DNA of 64,000 nucleotides from Azolla caroliniana (lineage: Eukaryota; Plantae; Polypodiophyta): NCBI GenBank assembly GCA_043228905.1, contig JBHGNT010000017.1, forward strand, positions 5,828,001 through 5,892,000. The letters run 5' to 3'. Shown here in pieces: positions 1-12,000 of the stretch. The notes under the pieces were generated by a model. That model was given only the letters and a program-made list of their open reading frames with translations. It ran no database searches and was not told the origin of the DNA. Within the stretch, counting starts at the first letter, position 1. Every line of letters begins with the position of its first letter. Made by a program: the position numbers and the translations under genes.

Positions 1-639
1 AATTTATGTCTTCCCATTGTCTCTTGATAGAGTTCTTCAGAAGTAACCATGTTTTTTTAACCTAATTGTGTGTAGATTGTATGGCAAAGTGATCTATATA
101 AGCCGGGTCGAGTTTCTTTGGGATCACATTAGGAAAGGGCAACTTGAAGTACCGGAGTTTATTTTTTATCACGACGACCTACTCGAAGATCGCCCTTTAA
201 TGGATTACTGGTTCGAATCTGATCTATTCAAGTCGCACAATATATCACCTTTAGACCCTAATCCACCTTTGAGATGGATGCAATGATGTATATATATGAA
301 TGTATCATATTATATATATGAATGTATAGCGTATAACTTCGTGCTTACCTTTGTGCATAGTTTAATGTGAAGTCATGGTTTGTGCTTGATGAACTGCCAC
401 AAAGTTTCTTGTCAATATATCGATTTGAGTTGCAAGTAGGTTCAATGTAATGTGGGGTGTGGCAAGCTTATTGCTTGTTGGCATTGTGGTTGTAATTATT
501 TGTATGGCTATGAGCTATAGTGTTCAGTATAGGATTGTTCCTAGGCTTCTTAAAGAATATAATGTTAATTTTATACAAGGACTTCCCCCTATCTAACTCT
601 TTTTCTTTCAATGGCCCTCACAATTTTTGGGGGAATACA

Positions 640-2300
640 AGGTAAGGCTATCAAAACAAGCAGATCATGTGCTCAAAATCCCTACTTAGAACCCAGCCAG
701 AGTGTATCGAACAAACAACCTCCACACATATGACATGTCCATCTCAATTATGGCCAGATTCACATAAGACTAACTAAAGAGCAATATTCACTCCCTTCTA
801 GTTTTGCACAATATATGCGAAATGGCTTAAAACATGGAATGTGAAAAGAGTTTCTAGGTTAATCATATATGCCAACAAACATTGAATCATGTCACATCTT
901 GTGGATATATTCACATGGTACAACCACCAAATGTCAAGATGATGGAAATAATTGGAAGGTCTTGTGACATATCTCTACAATATTTGTTAATCTACAAAGC
1001 AACATTGAATGGTATCTAATCACATACATATTCCCCTTCCATATCATCTCAAATGAGGAGATCAACCTATCCTCTTTGTCCTCACACTGTTGACTTTGCC
1101 AGGAAAACATGAGGTTTTCATATGCACACTATCAAAAACAAGAGGTTGAGAACAAGTGACACTTCTAAATTAAGATATGATGCATATGTTGAAATGAGAA
1201 TGCATTTTTGGGACTTGATTACATATTGCAAACCCTACGATTTCTTGCACAAGAATATTATGTTTATTTATTTCCAAGTCTCGTACACATATGTTATGAC
1301 ATCCTTGTGAATTTAAAATATCATTACCATCATTGCCTTGACCCTTTATGCTCCTTACACATGCACCTAATGATATATTTTTGAGCACGTCACCTTTCAT
1401 ATGTTTCAAAATTAGTGTAAATACACAGACTTTTCATTTCGTATACTTGTCAAGAGAGAGATGGAGAGTTAAGAACTTTCTTCTCTAGAGTGCCTCACTT
1501 TAAATGCTCCTTCCTTTTGATAAACAAATCAATTGCATCGTTTCAATCCACATGTTTGTAAACAATAAAATCTTACCAACACATGTGAACACAAAGACGC
1601 ACTTGCCTTTAATGTAAGGAAGCTCTATACAAATTAATGGTATTCGTTTCATTGTTGCTTTTGATCAATGGAAACAGAGTCATAGAATTCCATTATTGAG
1701 CAATGCTTTCCTCAAATCTTCACGATTTATTGAATAAAAAAATATTAGAGTCCCACTTCTTAGTGAGATAAACATGAAGTCTTGGGGATATCCATGATGA
1801 CAACAAGAGTAGAAGTTTATTGAATTTGGTTTTGAAACGGTAGGTAGGCACAAAAAGTGTTCACATGTTGTCGTAAAGAGATTCACTGAGCATATAAGGA
1901 TAAATAAAAAATGAACTTTTCTCCTCGTTATAGAGCACGTAGGACCAAAACACATTGCCTTATTTGTTTCAATCATTAATATTCTAGTCTATTCGTAGTG
2001 GTGTGTCATGAACATACATGTAACATTAGGAACTCAAACTGGTGGAAATTGGTCCATCATTCCATGGTCATGAGACTTAGGTTTCATGGTTGTATGAAGG
2101 TTGGGATGTATGATTTGGTCTCACAATCATGCCCAAGGTATATGTAGGGACACCATTACTATGGTGTAGGAAACACACATGATATATGCCATTTTAAGGC
2201 AACAACTCATGCATCCTTTGTTGATACAAGATTTGCATTGAGTTTGGCAAAGTCAATAGAAAACGAACAACTTTCGCCCTTAACATCACAATGAACCTTG
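640..2300 (-). mobile_element. Highly degenerate Ty1/copia pol relic
   Basis: Minus strand near 1480-1510 reads ggagcatttaaagtgaggcactctagagaagaaagtt, resembling the copia RT motif AFLxGxLEEEV. No intact ORF; boundaries approximate. Confidence 0.3.
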
Positions 2301-2604
2301 AGATTCATCAAGAAAGATCAATGATGCAAAGTGATGTATTATAATAATGTAGACCATACCTAGCTATGCTTTTGGGGCAAATGAGTTTGCACAACACTAG
2401 CACGAAGCGAGCACCGTGTGAGTTTGTGGTGCCACAATAGTATGATATCCTATTCGATGTAGGGTAAGGGTTTTGTTTGCTCCTTGACAAAGGGGGAGGC
2501 GGGACTATCTACCCACCCATAGGGCCAATTGTGGGTTCCATACCATACCATATGGCATAGACCATAGAGTCCCATAGAACACAACATTCACATTCTTTTG
2601 CTTC

Positions 2605-2790
2605 AACATTCGTTCCTGTATGTTTTGCAAATGAATGCGTATGTTATGAAAATATACTTATGGTTGTTTTTTTAAAAAAATCTCACTTTTTTATCTTAAA
2701 AAAAGTGTTACCTCTAGTAAATAATGAATACAAAAGTATGGTATTTACTGTTAACCATACTTTGACTCTTGAGGATGAATGCGAATGCAA
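2605..2790. mobile_element. MITE-like dispersed repeat with a relative at ~27042-27260 in opposite orientation
   Basis: Shares aaataatgaatacaaaagtatggtatttac and gaatgc motifs with the reverse complement of 27042-27260. Confidence 0.5.
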
Positions 2791-2955
2791 GGCGCTAAGA
2801 TAGATATTTTTTATAGCTTCCATAGATAGATCATAGTAGATAGTAGATAGATTCTATTATGTCAAATATGACCAAAATAGGATTCGAACCCCTAACCTCC
2901 TACTCATAGCAGAAAGATCTTACCACACAGAGACAAAGAGATAGAGAGAGACATA

Positions 2956-3676
2956 TTGTTACAAGATGGTACACGCTTGTTACAGGTCACTACAAATATA
3001 TTGTATCATCATGCAATGACATCATTATCTTGGCTATCTCCTAAAGCAATGAAGTTGTGGAATGTATATAAGTCAGATGCAAGGTGGTGGAAATATTACA
3101 ACGTGGTTGGCATTCCCATCTACCATTTCGTGCAAAGGTATTTATATGGAGAGTCATGATTAGTGGGCTCCCATTAGGTTCAGCCCTAAAGAGATGAGGA
3201 CCAGGGTTTGGCACTTGTTTCTTTTGTATCATTCCATTGGAGGATAGTACACATATGTTCATTAAATGTCCTATAGCATGTAACATTTGGAAGTACTTAT
3301 CGGACATTTGGCAAGTTTTAATCCGTTGTTGTTTGAGACCTCAACAATGGGTTTTTTCCCAATATGTTTAAAATGGATCAAATGATGAGATGGAGATATT
3401 GTTCCAATTTTTACGTTATTGGGGTCTACAACACAATTGGAATATGCGTAATGCTTTCATGTTTGATAATAGACATGGGGTGAAAGCCTATATAAAGAAG
3501 CTTAAAGGTATTCTCATGTGGAATTTTTGGATGTTAGAGCATGTGGGGATCATTTCCTCAAATGCATATTCAGGTTTTTTAGTAGCATTATAGAACGTCC
3601 CTCTCCCTACATAGGCATATGATAGGTAGAGGAGACTAAGAAGTGTTGTAAGTAAGTGGATTTTACATTTTACCAA
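2956..3676 (+). mobile_element. 5'-truncated LINE (L1/Tx1-like) ORF2 3' end with zf-RVT zinc knuckle
   Basis: Translates [51 protein letters not shown] (CxxC..H..C). Homologous to 4935-5507 and 52628-52890. Flanked by GA-rich tracts. Confidence 0.75.
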
Positions 3677-3687
3677 GAGAGAGAGAG

Positions 3688-3750
3688 AGCTCAGTTGGTA
3701 AGGTTGCCCAATGGAGACCAGGTGGTCATGGGTTCAACCCCTACATTCCA
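3688..3750 (+). mobile_element. tRNA-derived SINE-like head (degenerate)
   Basis: A-box-like gctcagttggtaag and B-box-like gggttcaacccc; no cloverleaf. Similar reverse-strand B boxes at ~2878-2892 and ~3810-3824. Confidence 0.4.
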
Positions 3751-3893
3751 TAGTGGCATCTAGTGAAATAGAGAGATATATGAAGTATATAATAGAGAGG
3801 TGAGGAAATTGGGTTTCGAACCCAAGACACAATGCTTATAGTGTTATCGACTTACCGCTAGAGTAAGCTAATTACAAAGAGAAAGAGAGAGAG

Positions 3894-5749
3894 CTCTTAG
3901 GTATACGTTATGGAAGAAAAAGTCCAACATTGGTGTCTGTTGGGTTTCATGGCTTCATATATGCACCTCGAAATATTTAGGAGGAGCCGGTTTACTCAAT
4001 TTGGAAGATCATCTGGTTGCTCGAAGGTTTAGTCTCTTGAAAGAGATGTGTTCAGGTTCTCAACCATGGGCAGAGATAATTTGTTATATTTGTGGAGAAA
4101 GTGGGGATACAACATGGTAAAACAAAATTTAGAACTTCAAGGTGGCATATTATTAATAGTTGTTAAGAATTAGGTGATTAATTAAGGGTTAATTAGTACC
4201 TAATTATGTGATTAGTTGATAAGCGAAAGATTAAGTGATATGTGTGTGAGAGGAAGAGAGAGAGAGAGAGGAAGTTAACACTTATAAACAACACAAGATG
4301 GGGGATGAGTAACTATATATTAAATTAACATCAACATCATCAAATACAATAATACCCACAATGAGGTATATATACATCTCATGTGCAAAGGTGCACATGT
4401 GTGAGTAGAATATAGGTACTAAGTTGTAAGTCCTATATTAAATGTACTTAGGAGTGGAGGATCTAGAATATCCCACTTAAGTACAAGGTCCTATTTAAGG
4501 CATTATAGTCAACACTTCTAACTAGATTCTATCTAGGTAACTACAAAGTTACATGGTTGACTAACTAACTAAACTAAGTTGAGCTTGATCTCTCAACAAT
4601 AGCACTCGATCATTTAGGTGTTCAACATCTACTATTGTTCAACATTTAGTGGTCTCTTGGCATAAAAAGTTTGAAGTTGTTCAATTGGAAACCACTTGAT
4701 TGTAGAAAAGATTGCAACTCTTTGCCAACAGAGGTGATAACATCTTCAACATTAGTACAATGGGATGGAAAAGACAGTTTTAAGTTAAAGTTTAATAGAA
4801 TGACAAAACTAGGTTTGGTAATTATGGAAGATGGTATTTTAGAGTCACAGAGGCAGATGATGGCTTTTCGAACTGTGAGAAGTAGATTTCATATACCTCT
4901 TGGATATGGTTAGATTTGGCAAACAATAGTACAATTGCCTATTTTATCATCATCGATTCCACAATTGGTGGTGGTGGAATTGTGGAGAGATTGGTTTTTT
5001 GATAACAAGAAATCATTATTTGCAGTAAACACAAATGATGTTTACCACAAGTTGGTTAAGGATAGGGTTTGGGTACAGAGCAAGGTTTTGGATACATGGC
5101 ACATTATCCGTGGAAGTGAATGGTGTGCTAGAGTTTTAGATGCAGGATGGAAGTCTCATCTTCCTTTTCGTGCAAAGGTGTCTCTTTGGCGTGCTATGGT
5201 TGGTGGGTTACCTTTGGCTAGGGCTTTAAAACGAAGGCACATTGGTAGTGGTACATGTGTCTTTTGTACGACGGTTGATGAAGATTCTCGACACAGGTTT
5301 ATATCTTGCCTTGTTACTAAAAGTATATGGATAGGTATATCACAACTGTGGAGGTCATTAACTGGAAATGTTTTGTCACCTTTTCAATGGATTTTCATTG
5401 AAGGTGATAGAGTTTTACCATCCCCAGAGTATAAGTCTGTGTTTGATTATTTGCGGTACTTGGGCATGTGGTATATTTGGAACTTGCGGAATGGTTTCTT
5501 ATATTGATGGGCTTTCTGGAGTATCTCAACAAGATATGTAGGATAAGAGGAAAGTTGATTTGACAAATTTTCACAGTTATGTTGTTGTATGGGAACTTTG
5601 TCCCCAAATGAGTTACATTTGTGTGGCTTTGTATTGCGGCACCTTAGAAGAGTTGCCCTTAGACACATCGCAACCTTTCCAAAGTAGTTTTTTTGATAGC
5701 AAGGTTTTTTTGTATTATCATGTTGTTTTAATATAAACATACATTTACG

Positions 5750-5751
<2 letters not shown>
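3894..5751 (+). mobile_element. 5'-truncated LINE ORF2 C-terminal part (zf-RVT), interrupted by a solo LTR
   Basis: ORF 4935-5507 has LWRAMVGGLP..CVFCTTVDEDSRHRFISC..YLRYLGMWYIWNLRN. Starts after gagaaagagagagag and ends at (GA)n. Confidence 0.8.
4161..4598. mobile_element. Solo LTR nested in the LINE
   Basis: TGTTAAGA...TCTCAACA termini; flanks atagt/atagc (5-bp TSD with 1 mismatch). The end gttgagcttga..tctcaaca is shared with 38280-38298. Confidence 0.65.
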
Positions 5752-5793
<42 letters not shown>

Positions 5794-5880
5794 TCTCGCA
5801 AAGCACAGCCTTCTCAAACACAACAACACATAGACACAGACAGACAGACAGACACTCAGAGAGAGAGAGAGAGAGAGAGA
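5752..5880. repeat. (GA)n microsatellites in the SEH1 leader; the last tract abuts the ATG
   Basis: (GA)n at 5752-5788 and 5858-5880, directly visible. Confidence 0.95.
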
Positions 5881-6054
5881 TGACGAGGTCCATCGCAGAG
5901 GTGGAGGGGAATGAAGGTTTTGTACAGACCAGCTGGAATGAGAGTGGCCATCGCATGGCCGCCTCCTCTGCAGACGGGAGCATCCAGGTATGGGACGCTA
6001 ACGCTGACTCAGCTCAGGGTCTCAAGCTCACGGCCAAATGGAAGGTACACACAC

Positions 6055-6087
<33 letters not shown>

Positions 6088-9000
6088 AGGGCCTCTATTC
6101 ACACATTTGGAAGTCTATCTCTCCCTCCCTCTCTCGCTAGGGAAAAACCTAAAATCTTTTGTTTTTCTATCAGTATGGATCAAGCTGGACATTACTCAGA
6201 TTCGTAATCGTGATTTCTAAGTTTCAACATTTGTTCTCTCCCTCGAGTCTCTCTCTATCCCTGTCTCCCTTTATATGTACATATGTCATGGAACCTTCAC
6301 ATTATGCCAAAATTCAGTTGGTTTCTAATTTCAATTCCGTTAAGGAACTCATAGGATTCTACATCCTCAACGTTCCTACAATGAATATCTCAGAAGATGC
6401 CAAATGTAGTTCCATTCAGTGTCTAATTTAACTGTTGTGAGAAGATCCATTTATCTTGCTTCACTGCATCTCTGTCATTGGATATTCAATCTATCATGGA
6501 TATTTTCAAATTCCAAAGGTGCAAGTCTCACTTCATTGATTGGATATTGCTATAATTAATATTTTCTGTCATTACAAATGGTTTTGGGGCTGGTAGATGT
6601 CTGGCTGACCTGACCATGTGGAGGTGCTTGAAGGCACACTGAGCTGCTTTTCACATTGGAGATGTGCTCTCAATGATGATAAACATGAAAAGTGCATCAA
6701 GAATGTCTTGCACGTTCCAACTATAACTAAAAACCTTGTGATCATCAGACAAATGGTAGTTCAAGGAATGCAAGTTCAGTTCAACAGCCACCTTGTTTCT
6801 TTGAAGGCCTCAAAGATTAAGTTTGATTTGTAGCTGTCAAAAGAAGAGATGGACATATGCTTATCCTTGATTAAAACAAAATAAAATCTAATACATTTAC
6901 CAAAGGACAAATGTTCGTATTCAACATAGACATGTGGAAAAGCAGTTTGACAACATCAGTGTACAAAAGCTGTGGAAGATATAGTCTAAAGGGGTCACTA
7001 GCAAACTCCCAAATTTCAAAGAAAATTGGATGAACGGAGTGTGTTAAACATGCCAATTCGAAACGCAACACTGTTATCCATTTCTACCATAGTGGAATGT
7101 GAATAAAGGACTCTTGGATGTATGGGGGGACTTGCTCAAACAGAAACATTTGGCAAATGTAGGTACGATGCTACATTCATTTATGGCCACTCCTGTCACT
7201 TGTGGGTCGACCCTATGTATACAAAGAGTGAGCATTTAAATATTTTTGCAAGCTCAAGATCTTGGTGGAAAAGAGAAACGTTTTGACATGTGATGGATAT
7301 CTTCAGAATATGGCAAATTTCAGTGGCATCGTGAACATATGTGGCCCTGGTTAAATTTTGCGAATACCTGAATATGTTAACTGGTAGTTTTTCAGTTTTG
7401 CCATTTTATTTTGTTTATTGTTCTTGTTGATGCCAATTCAGAGGCATTGTGACTGTATACAGATCTAGTTAACTCTTGTAAACGAATATCTAACAAGCAA
7501 GATCTGAATTATCTACGAACAACAGGATTGAAAAACGAGTTAAAAATTGAGGCAGACTCCTGCGATAAGATCTTATTCGAATCTGAGGGGGGTGGATTGG
7601 TGTTCCATCCCGGGCGGGAAGTCTTTTAGGAATTGCCTTCATTCCATTTCTGTATAAAAAAAAATCCGCCTCGTTGGTACATGTAGGTTGGATTGTCCTG
7701 GAGGCAGGGAAGACTCTCCTATCTTACAAACTTATTCACAAATGAGGAATGCTTTTAATATATCAACTCATCTCTCATAAAAATTGCAAGCTTTCTAGTT
7801 TTGATTTGTCTGTCAGTGGGATAATTTCAACCCAGATTGATCAGTAAAAAGCATGTAAAACCTTCATGTTCAAATAAAGTTCTGTTTTATTAATTCCAGC
7901 AAGTTCGGATAGTTTCAATAGAGTAACTTGTAGCTCAACAAATAAGAGTCACTAGGACAAGAAAATGGATATATATCCATATATATCCATTTCTAATCAA
8001 TAGAAGTATACTTATATTGACTGTTCGTATTGAATCCCCAGATATAACTTGAAAGTTCCAGAAATAAAAAATTATATCACGGGCGATTCTAAAGAAATAA
8101 AAAGGTTTTCTGATTTTCTGCGAGACATAAATCACTACCGTTTTCCTCAGTAGCTCAGTGGTGGATTTGTCAGCTGTTAACCAATTGGTCATAGGCTCGA
8201 GCCCTATCCAGGGAGATTCATACCTCTTTGGAGGAATGAAAGAGTTTCAGAGGGTGGACATTAGGGCGTCTTCTCCGGTGAGAGAACTTGATCCACACGA
8301 GTTCTCTGCTCTGAATGAATTAATGAATGAAGAGGGAAGCGGCTGGAAAGACTGTGTCTTTACTCTCCTAGCACATTCTTTACTCATTCTATGAATGGGC
8401 ATTAAATGTTCTGGAGAGGATTCTTTGGGATGATGGTACTGACAATCAGGGCCTAAGGTTACTTCGTTTATGTGCACTCTTTACTGTAGATTTAACCAAC
8501 CTGGATGAATCAGCAATGGATTAAGATGAAGCGGCTCGTCTGATTACCATATAACGCCTGATTACTTTGTTGCAAGCTCGTGGATAGTTGGTGTATTATG
8601 ATGGGTGATTTGTTGTGTGACTACATAAGGTGGTATATAAGTTCCCCGAATCTCTGTACAGTTGGCAGCTGCCCCTCGGTTTTGGGGAGTGGTTTGATGA
8701 TTACACTCATGACAGAAGTCATTATTCGGAAAGACATAGCTACGGCTTACCAGTATCTGGCATTACATTTCCTTGACTCTGCTCATAGATATGATGAACA
8801 ATTTCATGTTGGATATTATTGTATAGTTTAGCCTCTTAGAGATGCTAATACATATTTTTTCTTTTCTTTTTCGTAAAATGTTTTATATAAACACGTTTCC
8901 CTCTCTCTATGTTTATCAGAGTATTATCAAACATTTTTCTTTGCAAATTGCGCAGGCTGATGTTGGAGGGCCTATCCCAAAAGTGGTATGGGCTCCCTCA

Positions 9001-12000
9001 GAATATGGAGATGTGTTGGCCTCTTGCTCTTATGATGGTGCCGTCTCAATATGGGAAGAAGTTGTCTTGGAAGGTGACAAACACTGATATCTATTCATTC
9101 ATTCATTTTTCTCATTTCAAATATTTTCTTTGGTGTATTAGATGTCTGCTAAATATTGATGAAGTTTGAATACTTGGTTCAAGCGATGAAGGTGAAAGCA
9201 AGAAGACTTGGAGGTTGACTTCTCGTCTCCATGATGTTCATAGTCATGTTTTAGAATTGCAATTTGGAGCCTCATCTACTGGATTGAAACTGGTGAGCTG
9301 TTTGTATATATGTAATGGAATTCTCAAAAATAAAAAAGGTACCAGGAATTTACTTTGTCTCTTTAATGTATTTCTGTTCTTCAAACTAATCCTTGCAGAA
9401 ATGTAGAAAGAAAGTTGCGATTGTTCTTTGTTTATGAGCTTGTGTGGCTGTAGTGTTGTCCTCCAACAACTTTTCCCTGTGTCTTTTGAGTTCTAGCAAC
9501 AAAAGCCCCAAGGATGTTGGTCCTCATATTCCATTACCTTGCATAGTGGGCCACACCTTGCTTAAAAAGGCATACCTCTTATTTCATAAACAAAATGGAA
9601 AGAAAGAAAGAAATTTTAGTGTCTTTGGCATATAAGACCAAACAAGAGATTACATTGTAAGCATTATCTTATCTTTGAGCACAACAAATCAAAATAAGCA
9701 TGTGTTACTGAGGAAAAAAAATAGTAAATATGAAAAATAGACCAAAGAATCTTGTTATCAGCACATGTAAGATTCTCAAGTCAAATATATTGTAATTTTT
9801 GTTTTCAAAATATCTCTAGCACAGGTTGATCCAGAATGGAGAGGTCTCTGAAGTGAGGGAAGCACTTACGATGATGGGAGATAATGGCCTTTATCTATCG
9901 ATGACAAGGGTGGTGAGATCGTGGTCCATGGGGCTGGGGCCTATGTGCACAATAAGATAGAATGACAGTTTTCCAAAATATCTAAAGGCAGAGATATAGA
10001 AACTAACAACGATTATGGAGTTTAACACATAGGAGAGATTAAAACAGCAGAATCATTTCGGCAAAACAAAAGCCCAGCTACCTGATATATCTTCAAGTTA
10101 GGAGTGCATACACACGTGCTATTTAAGATACATAGAATATGCTCTTTGAAGGAGATTTTTAAATGCTGCTGCAGTCTAGTCATGGCTCCACCTCGGCTTG
10201 TGGATGGATTCATAAATATGTTTTAAATGCCACATGGGCAGTCTTATCCAAGGATCCCATTCAGTGTATAAAATGTTATTTTGGGAGTACAATTTTGAAA
10301 TTGAGACTGTACAACTCTAACAAAAATCAGAAAACATTAAATTATATTAGAATTTTTTTCTAATTTATTAGGGGCAATCTAAGGGCCTTAAATCCCATAC
10401 CCTTGATTGTGGACAAGTTTGCATGGTACATTTCTAAGTGTAAACCTTATATTTTCTCTTAAAATTGATGATATAGTAGTAGTGACAATGTTTATCCAAG
10501 CTATATGTGATGAAGTTGATGATTTTGCGTTTATCAAGCAATGCTTCCATTGAACACATAGCAGTGCAAGATGGCTACATGCAAGAAAATTGTTTGTGTA
10601 TGCAACCATCTTACTTGCAAGCATTTATCCTAGAAAATAGGAAAGTAGGCAGGGAAGGTCATGAATTTTATCCTTCGGATGCCTTTTTGCTTTTATTAAT
10701 GTCCTAGAATATTTGGGTATTTATAATGGATTAATGTGACTATTGGATCATCAAGTTTTGAAATTTAGGATATGATAATTTCGTAGGTTGCGGTTTTTGG
10801 AGATGGGCATGCCAGGATCTATGGAACATTAGATGCTCTGAATTTGAAGGTTTGGGAGCTTCAGGTACAATTTGTTTTGTGAAGTTTTCTTTCTGGTTAC
10901 ACACACACACACACACACACACATACATGTATATTAATATTTGCATCCACCAAGCCCCATGCTGACCTCCTATCCTACCCACCTCCATTCCACTCCCACC
11001 CACCCCAACCTATCGACAACAGCTTGGTCTGCACCTACAAAGTAGCAGACACCAAGAGTCATGACTGACCAACCACAGGCCCTCACCAAGTACCTCATCG
11101 TCACTGACGCTTTCATTAAGAACCTCTGAAATGGATGATCTGGGGTGAAGGAAGCGGCTAAGGCAGTAAAGGTCTGTGAACACCTTGCGAAGAAAAGGTG
11201 CTCAAGGCAATGGGATATTAGCATGTTAAATGAATCTTACTATTCTCTTAGAAAGTTGTATCACTTTTTTTGGTCTTTGGTAGCTCTTCTTTTAGCCTCA
11301 TATCGGTTTGTTTGAGTTCTAACTAGGAAAAGTAATTCATATAAGTACCTGTTATTTCGCTTCAAAAGCAAATATTGGACATTCATGCAATCTCCACCGG
11401 ATGCAGTTTTAATGATGGATCCTGTTTGATTAACATGTTTTATCTGTATTTATTTCATTGAATGTAAAAGAACTTTGTGAGGTTAATTAATGGGATGGTC
11501 CAATATTTAAAAAAGTGGCTGAATAGCAAAAAGTGTTGATAGAACTTTATGCTGCTGATTTAAAGCATTGAGAGCTTCTTGTAGGTTCCTCTAATTAAAT
11601 TTAAACTAATGAGATATAGACATCGTAGGTTGAATGTTTCTGTATAATCCTTTATATGACCAAAAGATGCCAGCAATGCATGTTTTTAGTAACTTGTGAT
11701 TTTGGCATCCAGTAATAGTATTGTTATATACAAGTCCTATGATATGCACAATTTATATGATTAGTCCAAATATCTTGATGGAGTACATGTTAACCTATGA
11801 CCTTTGTTCATAGCTCTACCATTCGTCGTCCTCTATAATGTTGGAAACATTTACTGGTAATTGTTTGTGTTGTATTGTTCCTTCAGCTTGCAGCTTTGTC
11901 ATTTTTATCTCTTGCCAAGTACCTGTATGCTCTCCTCACTTGTATTAATTCTCGTATCTATCCATTGCTCACCTTTTTGAGCCCACAGATGCTCATGCTA

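Noticed and set aside
68-286. 72-aa ORF at the window start
   Set aside because: No recognisable domain. It may be the tail of a TE or gene beginning outside the window and cannot be assigned.
8144-8215. Functional nuclear tRNA-Asn
   Set aside because: D-stem, T-loop (GCTCGAG instead of GTTCGAA) and other stem mismatches; plastid-type sequence.
8400-8840. Possible intronic C/D snoRNA cluster (several TGATGA/CTGA-like words)
   Set aside because: No convincing paired C/D boxes with terminal stems or recognisable rRNA guides could be established by eye.
10950-11260. ORF with CLEHLFF motif and G-rich tract in a SEH1 intron
   Set aside because: Possibly a LINE scrap, but too short and degenerate to support.
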